NCBI GenBank assembly: GCA_947570625.1
Contig: CANOUP010000003.1
Coordinates: forward strand, 19,239 to 83,238
Reading direction: 5' to 3'
DNA: 64,000 bases
Source: an uncultured Clostridia bacterium
Lineage (GTDB): Bacteria > Bacillota > Clostridia > Christensenellales > Borkfalkiaceae
Positions 9,972 through 18,221 of the stretch are shown here, one piece after another (the stretch's first letter is position 1; every line of letters starts with the position of its first letter). A model generated the notes under the pieces. It did no database searches. It was not told the origin of the DNA and was given only the letters and a program-made list of their open reading frames with translations. The position numbers and the translations under genes are program-made.

Positions 9972-10202
9972 CCTAATTTTTGAAAAGGAGTAACCCTAAT
10001 TTAAAAATATGCTAAAACACACAATATATTGTGGTTTTAAGCGGATTTTCTTGTTCTTGATACAATTTCAAAATATTTGCAGATATTTTTTAATTCAAAT
10101 TGTCTGCAAATGTCTGCAATTTTAGAGAATTAGAACGATTTAGAGCGTTTTAGAAAGGTTTAATCATTGTTATTTTTATATTGAATCGTAAATAATAAAC
10201 TT

Positions 10203-10463
10203 ATGATAAATTATGAAAAGGTTTACGTTTCAGTATATCTTAAAATCAATTTAAACGGAATAATGAAACCCGTCGCTGTAGAATGGACGGATGGAAAACG
10301 GTTTGAAATAGAAAAAGTTATAGACGAGCGCAACGCACCGCCCGAACATACCGGAGGCGTGCTTACGAGAAAGTATAAAGTAATTATAAATGGTAAAGAG
10401 AAAATAATTTATTTGGATAAGCAGACAAACAGGTGGTTTGTGGAAAAGCCGTTGTACGATTAA
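10203..10463 (+). CDS. Small hypothetical protein upstream of dinB
   Basis: 86-aa ORF ending 28 nt before the dinB start. No family recognised. Confidence 0.5.
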   Translation: MINYEKVYVSVYLKINLNGIMKPVAVEWTDGKRFEIEKVIDERNAPPEHTGGVLTRKYKVIINGKEKIIYLDKQTNRWFVEKPLYD

Positions 10464-10491
10464 GTACGGCGGCTTTGCTCATACTTTGAAT

Positions 10492-11742
10492 ATGCGAACC
10501 ATTCTGCACAGCGATTTAAATAACTTTTACGCATCCGTTGAGTGCTTGCGTAATCCTGAAATAAGAAACTTCCCCGTTGTAGTTGTTGGAAGCAAAGAGG
10601 ACAGGCACGGAATAGTTCTTGCTAAAAATATGATAGCCAAAGGCTTCGGTGTTAAGACGGGCGACGTATATTGGGAAGCAAAGCAAAAGTGCGGCGGAAC
10701 GCTCGTTGAAGTGCAAGCGGACTTTTCAACTTATATAAATGTTTCAAGAGAAGTTCGTAAAATTTATGAGGACTATGCGGACAGAATAGAAGCCTACGGC
10801 ATAGACGAGTGCTGGCTTGACGTCAGTTCGGGTTTAAAGCTGTTTGGAAGCGGCAGAGAGATAGCCGAAACTATAAGAGAGCGGATAAAGAAAGAAATAG
10901 GGCTTACTGTAAGTATTGGAGTTAGTTGGAATAAGATATTTGCAAAGCTCGGCTCTGATATGAAAAAGCCGGACGCAGTGACAGAAATTACAGCCGAAAA
11001 CTATAAACTAAAAGTATGGACTTTACCCGTGGAAGATTTGCTTTACGTTGGTAAGGCAACGCAGCAAAAACTTAACCGCATGGGCATTAAGACGATAGGC
11101 GACCTTGCCCAAGCCGACGAGCAGACTCTTGTAAATTTACTCGGCAAGTGGGGATATTATCTTCATACTTTTGCTAATGGTAAAGACGAATCACCTGTAA
11201 CTAAAATAGGTGAAGAAGAAGCAATTAAATCCATAGGCAACAGTCTTACAGTTTATAGAGATTTGGTAGACGAAAACGACGTAGAGCCGGTAATTTATCT
11301 GCTTGCGGACAGCGTAAGCGCAAGAATGAGAGAGGCAGGACTGAACAAAGCCCGCACCGTTCACGTCTATGCGAGGGCAAATAATTTGGTGGGGTATCAG
11401 AAACAAGGGAAACTCCCCCGACCTTCCGGCACTATGCAGGCCGTAGCAAAAACGGCATTAAAACTGTTTAAGGAAGTCTATCCGTGGGAGAAGCCCGTGC
11501 GCAGTCTTGGAATATCCGTTTCAGACTTTTTATTCGGAAACGAACAGCTCGATTTATTCGGAGATTTGGAAAAGGACGAAAAGCAGAAGCGGTTGGATAA
11601 TGCAATAGACAAACTGCGGGAGAAGTACGGCAACAACGTGATTCAGGCGGCTATCGTTTATAAAGACCCGAAACTTAAAGATTTGGATATAAAGGGGGAA
11701 CATACAATTCACCCGTATAGCTTTTTCAAAAACAATAAATAA
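10492..11742 (+). CDS. dinB: DNA polymerase IV (Y-family translesion polymerase)
   Basis: MRTILHSDLNNFYASVE..., GIDECWLDV, SIGVSWNKIFAKLGSDMKKPD. Start set at ATG 10492. Confidence 0.92.
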   Translation: MRTILHSDLNNFYASVECLRNPEIRNFPVVVVGSKEDRHGIVLAKNMIAKGFGVKTGDVYWEAKQKCGGTLVEVQADFSTYINVSREVRKIYEDYADRIEAYGIDECWLDVSSGLKLFGSGREIAETIRERIKKEIGLTVSIGVSWNKIFAKLGSDMKKPDAVTEITAENYKLKVWTLPVEDLLYVGKATQQKLNRMGIKTIGDLAQADEQTLVNLLGKWGYYLHTFANGKDESPVTKIGEEEAIKSIGNSLTVYRDLVDENDVEPVIYLLADSVSARMREAGLNKARTVHVYARANNLVGYQKQGKLPRPSGTMQAVAKTALKLFKEVYPWEKPVRSLGISVSDFLFGNEQLDLFGDLEKDEKQKRLDNAIDKLREKYGNNVIQAAIVYKDPKLKDLDIKGEHTIHPYSFFKNNK

Positions 11743-11765
11743 AGCGCACGTTACAAGTGCGCTTT
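11741..11765. terminator. Bidirectional hairpin shared by the convergent dinB and SRAP genes
   Basis: aaagcgcac-gttacaa-gtgcgcttt, overlapping the SRAP stop codon. Confidence 0.6.
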
Positions 11766-12305
11766 TAGTTTTATTTGATTGTCCGTTAAAATGAACCGGC
11801 GGGCAAAGTCCTTATCGTTCAGATAGTAGTCTTTTATATCCTCGCCCACAATGACGGGTATGCGGTTGTGATATTTTTCTACGGGCGGAGTGGACTGTTT
11901 AGTAAGAATAATAAACTTGTTTTCCCCGTCCTCGTTGCGATAAAATCCGCCGAGATATAAAACCTTTCCGTCCAAACGCTCAAAGTAGTACTTATTCTTG
12001 TAAGTATCCCACTCATAAAAACCGCTTGCAGGAATAAGGCATCTTCGCTCTAAAAAGCTCTTGCGGAAGGTCTGTTTATCCGTAACTGTTTCAGCGCGGG
12101 CGTTAATAAGCACGCCTTTACCGTCGAACTTACCGAAGCCCCATTTGGAAAGTATCGGGTGTTTATCTTTTGTAAGAACGGGCATATAGTAAGTAGGGTA
12201 AATATCGCCGAATTTAATCTGAACGTTTCTCTCGCTTTCAGGTAGTTCGCTTAAAATCCGCTCTATATCCTTGTCGTTGCTGTTAAAATGAAATCTTCCG
12301 CACAT
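11751..12305 (-). CDS. SOS-response-associated peptidase (SRAP / YedK family, abasic-site processing)
   Basis: Starts MCGRF (catalytic Cys2). 184 aa with ...INARAET... and ...PASGFYEW.... Confidence 0.85.
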   Translation of the reverse strand: MCGRFHFNSNDKDIERILSELPESERNVQIKFGDIYPTYYMPVLTKDKHPILSKWGFGKFDGKGVLINARAETVTDKQTFRKSFLERRCLIPASGFYEWDTYKNKYYFERLDGKVLYLGGFYRNEDGENKFIILTKQSTPPVEKYHNRIPVIVGEDIKDYYLNDKDFARRFILTDNQIKLKAHL

Positions 12306-12380
12306 ACATTAAGTTTGTTCAGTTTGCAAATATTTATAAAATTACTGAATATTGGCTAAAATTTAATGTGTATAAAAGCC

Positions 12381-12409
12381 TTGACAAATACATATAATAT
12401 AATTATAAT
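12381..12409 (+). promoter_or_regulatory. Consensus sigma-A-type promoter for brnT-brnA
   Basis: TTGACA (12381-12386), 17-nt spacer, TATAAT (12404-12409). The brnT ATG is at 12416. Confidence 0.55.
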
Positions 12410-12415
12410 ATAATT

Positions 12416-12709
12416 ATGGAAGAAATAAGTTTTGAATGGGACGATAATAAAAATACTATAAACAAGAATAAGCATAAAATATCGTTTGAAGAAGCAAAGA
12501 CTGTATTTTATGACGAACAGGCTTTGGTAATAGATGACCCGGAACATTCAGCGGAAGAAGAACGTTTTATTATTCTCGGTTTCAGTACGCAAGCCAATTT
12601 GCTTGTGGTTTGCCATTGTTATCGTTCTGCTGATATGGTAATAAGAATTATATCGGCAAGAAAAGCCACTAAAAACGAAGCAAAATATTACGAAAAGAGA
12701 GGTGACTAA
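12416..12709 (+). CDS. brnT: BrnT-family (DUF497) ribonuclease toxin
   Basis: FEWDDNKNTINKNKHKISFEEA... and RIISARKATKNE are typical of BrnT. 97 aa, overlapping brnA by 8 nt. Confidence 0.8.
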   Translation: MEEISFEWDDNKNTINKNKHKISFEEAKTVFYDEQALVIDDPEHSAEEERFIILGFSTQANLLVVCHCYRSADMVIRIISARKATKNEAKYYEKRGD

Positions 12710-12920
12710 AATGAAGAATGAATATGATTTTTCAAATGCAAGACAAAACCCTTACGTTAAGAAGTTGAAAAAGCAAATTACTATCAACCTTGATAATGAA
12801 ACAATTGATTATTTTAAGAGCCTTGCGCAAAATACGGGTATACCTTATCAAACGCTTATAAATTTGTTCCTTGCAGACTGTGCAAAGAATAAAAAGCAGC
12901 CTACGGTTGCGTGGAACTAA
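12702..12920 (+). CDS. brnA: BrnA-family antitoxin
   Basis: 72 aa, with ...ITINLDNETIDYFKSLAQNTGIPYQTLINLFL.... The toxin-then-antitoxin order matches BrnTA. Confidence 0.75.
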   Translation: MTKMKNEYDFSNARQNPYVKKLKKQITINLDNETIDYFKSLAQNTGIPYQTLINLFLADCAKNKKQPTVAWN

Positions 12921-12940
12921 ATATAAACTAAATTTAAATA

Positions 12941-12972
12941 TAACGGCAGTTTATACTGCCGTTATTTTTTTA
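12941..12972 (+). terminator. Intrinsic terminator after brnA
   Basis: taacggcagt-ttat-actgccgtta followed by a T-run. Confidence 0.8.
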
Positions 12973-12993
12973 TTCTCTGCGCATACTGTCATT

Positions 12994-13809
12994 ATGGCAT
13001 ACAGTTATAAAGGCAGTATAAGTTTCGGGTTTGTGTACATTCCCGTAACCCTGCATAAGATCATAAAAAGCAACGATATCGGTTTTAATATGATAGACAA
13101 AAAGACCAACTGCCGAGTGCAGTATAAAAAAACCTGCGCAGATTGCGGCGGTAGGGAAGTCAAACAGGAAGATATAGTAAAGGGCTTCGAGTACGAGGAC
13201 GGAAAGTACGTTATCTTTGAAGATAAGGACTTTGAAAAGCTGAAATCCAAGAAAGACAAAAATATAACCATTGAAAAGTTTGTTGAACTTGCCGAGGTTG
13301 ACCCTCTGTATTTTGAAACGCCTTACTATGTTGTTCCCACGGGTGCTGAAAAGGCGTTTGTTGTGCTTTTAAAAGCTATGGAGGAAGAGGGTAAAGCAGC
13401 GGTTGCAAAAACAGTATTAGGCAATAAAGAAACGCTTATTTTAATAAGGGCGAAAGACGGGCAGATGCTTTTGAACACGCTATTCTTTGAAGAGGAAGTA
13501 ACCAAAAATCCTGCAAAGGAAATAACCGAAAAGCCGAGCGCCACCGAACTTAAAATGGCAAAGGCAATTATAGAGGGAATGAGTGGAAAATTCGTTCCGT
13601 CCGAATATAAGGACGAATACCGCCAAAAGGTGCAGGAAGCGATAGAGAGAAAGATTGCCGGCAAGCAAATTGTAGCACCCAAAGAGAACGGAACGGCAAG
13701 CGTTTCGAACCTTATGGAAGCGCTTACAAAATCGCTTGAGCTTGCGCAGAAGCCCAAAGCTAAAAAGGCTACACCGAAGAAAACGACGACGAGGAAGAAA
13801 GAGGCGTGA
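12994..13809 (+). CDS. ku: Ku protein (non-homologous end joining)
   Basis: MAYSYKGSISFGFVYIPVTLHK... with a lysine-rich C-terminal tail. Start placed at ATG 12994, downstream of the brnA terminator. Confidence 0.9.
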   Translation: MAYSYKGSISFGFVYIPVTLHKIIKSNDIGFNMIDKKTNCRVQYKKTCADCGGREVKQEDIVKGFEYEDGKYVIFEDKDFEKLKSKKDKNITIEKFVELAEVDPLYFETPYYVVPTGAEKAFVVLLKAMEEEGKAAVAKTVLGNKETLILIRAKDGQMLLNTLFFEEEVTKNPAKEITEKPSATELKMAKAIIEGMSGKFVPSEYKDEYRQKVQEAIERKIAGKQIVAPKENGTASVSNLMEALTKSLELAQKPKAKKATPKKTTTRKKEA

Positions 13810-14723
13810 GCGATTTATTTGAAGAAAAAAATATCTCGCCTATGCTATTGCACGAGGTCAAAAAGCCATTTGATGACGAGGACTATATATACGAATTGAA
13901 GTTGGACGGAATACGTTGCGTGGCTTATATAGAGCCTAAATCGGTATCTCTGCAAAATAAGCGGTTTAAGGAATTGACCCCCATATATCCAGAACTTTCG
14001 GATATTTGCAAGTGCGTTAAAAAGCGTGTAATACTTGACGGAGAGCTTGTCTTTCTGACAGACGGCAAGCCAAATTTTTATGCTCTGCAACGGCGCAGTC
14101 TTATGACGGACAGTTTCAGAATATCGCTTGCGGCAAAGAAAAATCCCGTGCAGTTCGCAGCTTACGATATTATTTATTTTGACGGAAAAGATCTTACGGA
14201 TAAACCGCTTTTGGAGCGTAAAGAAATTCTTTCCGAAAATGTAAGAGAAGGCTTTAATTTAAGCATATCCCGTTGGATAGAAAAGAGCGGCGTTGCCTTT
14301 TTCGAGCTTGCGAAGAAAGAGAACTTGGAGGGCATCGTCGCCAAGAAAAAGGACGGCCTGTATCACATAGGCAAGCGCACGTTGGAATGGATAAAGATTA
14401 AAGTAATGCAGGATGAGGACTTACTTATTTTGGGTTATCAGCCAGACGAAGACGGGAAAGTTAAAGATTTAATTTTAGGTTTCTATGACGATAAAGGCGA
14501 ACTTAAATGCAGGGGGAAAGTTTACCTCGGTGTATCCAAAGCAGAGCAGAAAATCATAGCCGAATTTGCAAAAAAGAACACGGTCAAAATACCGTGGTTC
14601 GATAAATATAAAAACGTAGTGTGGTTAAAACCGCAGCTTGTCGGTACGGCTCATTTTATGCATGAAACTGAAAACGGCGGTATGCGTCAGCCCGTGTGGA
14701 AGGGGTTGAGGGAAGATAAGTAA
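13806..14723 (+). CDS. ligD: ATP-dependent DNA ligase (LigD ligase domain only)
   Basis: ELKLDGIRCVAY (KxDG adenylation motif), 305 aa. The GTG start overlaps the ku stop (GTGA). Confidence 0.88.
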   Translation: MSDLFEEKNISPMLLHEVKKPFDDEDYIYELKLDGIRCVAYIEPKSVSLQNKRFKELTPIYPELSDICKCVKKRVILDGELVFLTDGKPNFYALQRRSLMTDSFRISLAAKKNPVQFAAYDIIYFDGKDLTDKPLLERKEILSENVREGFNLSISRWIEKSGVAFFELAKKENLEGIVAKKKDGLYHIGKRTLEWIKIKVMQDEDLLILGYQPDEDGKVKDLILGFYDDKGELKCRGKVYLGVSKAEQKIIAEFAKKNTVKIPWFDKYKNVVWLKPQLVGTAHFMHETENGGMRQPVWKGLREDK

Positions 14724-14737
14724 ATTTTTTAATAGTA

Positions 14738-14766
14738 TTGACAATAAAGCCGTTTTTTGCTAAAAT
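14738..14766 (+). promoter_or_regulatory. Near-consensus promoter driving the structured element downstream
   Basis: TTGACA (14738-14743), 17-nt spacer, TAAAAT (14761-14766). Confidence 0.55.
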
Positions 14767-14772
14767 AAAAAC

Positions 14773-14945
14773 GCTAAACAAAACTAAATATATTTTTTTA
14801 GAACGAGCATAGTTATTGGTAGAACTATACTCATTTTGTCGCATACTAAAATCTCGTTCTGTGATTTAGTTTTGTTTAGCAACTAAGCGATGAACGGTAT
14901 ATTCTGCGGCGTCGTTCTTCGTAAGAGGAACGGCGTTTTTTGTTT
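14773..14945 (+). ncRNA. Candidate structured small RNA (alternatively a 108-bp MITE-like palindromic element plus terminator)
   Basis: 17-bp perfect closing stem 14773-14789/14864-14880, inner 8-bp stem 14800-14807/14853-14860 and hairpin 14809-14814/14823-14828. A terminator hairpin 14910-14920/14925-14935 with a T-run to 14945 follows. Confidence 0.4.
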
Positions 14946-15013
14946 TAAAATCTCAAAATTAACAAAAATGAATGGGAAATTTTTACTTAATAAAAAGAAA
15001 TTGGGCATCAAAT

Positions 15014-15077
15014 GTCAATGTAGTGTAGTACTGCGTCAATACGGTTTATTGTGGTCGGCCTATAAAAATGTTATAAT
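15014..15077 (+). promoter_or_regulatory. Activator-type operator (two GTCAAT direct repeats 21 bp apart) plus extended -10 TGTTATAAT
   Basis: GTCAAT at 15014 and 15035, TG-T-TATAAT at 15069-15077. The same layout and spacing occur at 31264-31327. Confidence 0.55.
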
Positions 15078-15107
15078 ACAAACAGATTTTGATAAAAAAG
15101 AACATTT

Positions 15108-18100
15108 TTGGATGGTTTTATGGCAGATAAAAAAATACAACGCGGCTTGAATCTTAAAGAATTTAAAAATCCTCCTGCACAATACAGAGGCGCACCTTTT
15201 TGGGCCTGGAATACTACGCTTGAAGAACAAGATTTAAAATGGCAGATAGATAAGTTTAAAGAAATGGGCTTCGGTGGTTTTTTTATGCATACCCGAAGCG
15301 GAATGGCAACGGAATATCTCGGTGAAGAATTTATGCGGCTGGTGCGAGGCTGTGTCGCCAAAGCAAAAGGTAAAGGGATGCTCGCCTATCTTTACGACGA
15401 GGACAGGTGGTCGAGCGGCTCGGCGGGCGGTAAAGTAACAAAAAACAAGGAATACAGACAAAAGACTGTTTGCCTTTCATTAAAAACGCCCGAGGAAATG
15501 CAAAAGCTCTGTGAAAAGGACGAACGTTGCCCCGAGTTTTTAAAAGCTTTCGATATAGTTTTCGATAAAAGCGACAGGCTTGAAAGCTATAAAACCTTAT
15601 CCGTAGACGAAGAAGCCGTGGGCGAAAAGTGGTATGCTTACGTGCTGTTGGGGCGTCGTTCGGGGTGGTATAACGGCTATACGTATCTTGATATGCTCAA
15701 TTCCGAAGCCGTAAGCGAATTTATTATGGTAACGCACGAAGCTTATAAGAAAGAAGTAGGTAATGAATTCGGTAAAACCGTCCCTGCAATATTTACCGAC
15801 GAACCGAATTTCGGCGAAATAAATCCTAAAGCGTATGTGCGCGACGGGCTTGACGCCGAGTTTCCGTGGACGCAACGCTTTGCAACAATGTTTAAAGATA
15901 AATACGGTTACGATATATCCGAAAATCTACCCGAGCTTGTATGGAATTTAAGCAGGAATAAGCCAAGCAAGGTTCGCTACCATTATTATGCGTTTACAAC
16001 CGAGCTGTTTGCGCTGACATACTGCGATAAGGTAGGCGAATGGTGCTCGGGCAACAATATAGATTTTGTAGGACACGTTTTAGCCGAGCCGGAGCTGTAC
16101 AGTCAGATGAGGACGGTTGGCGAATGTATGCGTCATTATAAAAACCTTGATATTCCTGAATCGATATGCTTTGCAATGCGGTTGAATTCACAACGGCTAA
16201 GCAAGCGCAATCGGTCGTTCATCAGGGAGGCAAGAAAGGAATGGCGAGCGAGCTGTACGGGGTAACCGGTTGGGATTTTGATTTTCGGGGTCATAAATTT
16301 CAAGGCGATTGGCAGGCGGCGCTCGGCGTAACCTTTAGAATCCCCCATTTAAGTTGGGTCAGTATGCATGGTTCGGCAAAGCGCGACTACCCTGCAAGTA
16401 TAGGCTATCAGTCGTGTTGGCACACGCAGTATTCGTTCATTGAAAATCACTACGCACGGCTTAATACGGCGTTAACTCGCGGAAAGCCGGTTGTCAACGT
16501 AGCGGTTATTCACCCTATAGAGAGCGCTTGGATAACAAGCGGCGTCCGTGAACTTACCTCTGCGGAAATCAAGGCAATGGATGAAAGGTTCGGCAATTTA
16601 ACGAATTGGTTGTTGCGCGGACATATTGACTTTGATTTTGTAAGTGAAAGCATGCTTCCCGATATGTACAAAAAAAGCGGAAAAGGCTTTAACATCGGTG
16701 AAATGAATTATAAGGCGGTTTTCGTTCCTCCGCTTAAAACCATAAGGAGAACAACGGTTGACGCCCTGTACGGGTTTATCGAAAACGGCGGTAAAGTAGT
16801 AGTGAGCGGCAACTGCCCTGAATGCGTTGACGGCGAAATAAGCGACTACGCCGCACGTTTGTACGAAATAGCCGAAAGTGCGGTATTCTCGGAATCGGAT
16901 ATAATAAACGCCTTTTCCGATGAGCGCGAAGTGGAGATATTAAATCAAAACGGCGGCAGAAAACGTGAAATGATATATACTCTTCGCGCGGACGGTGAAA
17001 ACAAGTGGTTGTTTGTAGCGCATTGCGAAAACATAACAAGGTTAGACGGTTCCGACTACGCCTATGATAAATTGCGCATAAGCGTAAAAGGACTTTATAA
17101 ACCTAATTTATATAATACCTTGAACGGCGAAACCGAGGATGTAGAGTTTTTACATAAAAACGGTGAAACTTTTATTTTAATCGATTGCTTTACTTTGGAC
17201 AGTTTTTTATTTCTTTTAACCCCTTGCGAAAGCGAAACGGCAGGTTCGGTTATAAGTTGCACATACTTAAACGAGAAGCAGTTAAATATTCCCGATTTTG
17301 TAGACTTTGAAATTAAAGAGCCCAATGTTTTTGTGCTCGATATGGCGGAATACTCCCGCGACGGTAAAACGTATTTCCCCCGGGAGGAAATACTGCGAAT
17401 AGATAAAGCGGTACGCGACGAGCTCGAATATCCGCTTGCAAACGGATGCGATACGCAGCCGTGGTGCTTCCCCGAAAAGAAGCCGACCGAATTCGTCTAT
17501 CTCAAATTCAAAATTAAAAGTCAAACGGCGGTATCTTGCCGACTCGGATATGAAAGATTTGAAGATTTATGGTTGAACGGAGTAAAGCTTGAAAAAGCCG
17601 ACGAGGGATATTTTACCGATAAATCTATCAGGACTATGCGCTTGCCGAAGCTCAAAAAAGGCGAAAACGAACTGATAATCCGTACGGCGATAAGCGAGAG
17701 AATCAGCATAGAAAATTATTTTCTTTTGGGGAAATTCGGTGTTTCGGTCTGCGGTTCGTATGCGGAAATTACAAAGCCTGCCGAAAAGCTTGCGTTCGGT
17801 TCCGTCGTAAATCAGAAGCTGCCTTTTTACGGCGCTGAAATAACCTACAAAATACCGTTTGAATGCGAAGACGGCGATTTGACCGTCAACACCGATTACT
17901 ATAACGGAGCTTTAATCGGGGTCAGAATTGACGGCAAAGATGTAGGTAAAATAGTTTTGCCGCCGTATGAAATTACTATACCGAATGTAAAAAGCGGCAA
18001 GCATTTACTTGAAATGACTTTGTATGCAAGTCGTATAAATACCTTTGGCGCACTGCATCTGTGCGTTCCCGTAAGTTGGAAAGGTCCAAATATGTGGTAC

Positions 18101-18202
18101 ACATATGGCAACGGCTGGGCTTATGAATATCAGCTTAAAGACGTGGGGATTATGAAAAAGCCTGTATTAAAATTAAAAAAGAAATATACGCAAGAGCGTT
18201 AA
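15108..18202 (+). pseudogene. Large glycoside hydrolase (GH106-like / jelly-roll family guess) split by a -1 nt frameshift near 16158
   Basis: ORFs 15108..16265 and 16166..18202 read as one protein if a G is restored in cct-g(g)a-atc-gat-atg (..DIPGIDML..). The tail of ORF1 after DIPE looks out of frame. Confidence 0.6.
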
Positions 18203-18221
18203 TATATTTGGAGGAAAATCT

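Noticed and set aside
10021-10202. A search for a LexA/Cheo box (GAAC-N4-GTTC) upstream of dinB, and likewise at 12306-12415 for SRAP and upstream of ku.
   Set aside because: No match was found by eye. The single GAAC at 10133 has no properly spaced GTTC partner. This is reported only as an absence.
12356-12547. The 63-aa minus-strand ORF.
   Set aside because: It overlaps the brnT promoter and coding region in extremely AT-rich DNA. The Ile/Phe/Tyr-rich sequence is typical of chance ORFs.
12871-12993. The long N-terminal extension of ku (start 12871).
   Set aside because: It would read through the brnA 3' end and the strong terminator at 12941-12972. The conserved Ku N-terminus begins at ATG 12994.
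14890-15150. The 86-aa ORF between ligD and the GH gene.
   Set aside because: It spans an intrinsic terminator and the operator/promoter region, has no RBS, and has an implausible composition.
16166-18202. Treating 16166 as the genuine start of an independent 678-aa gene.
   Set aside because: The upstream ORF continues seamlessly into this frame after restoring one base. There is no RBS, and the N-terminus would begin in the middle of a conserved block.
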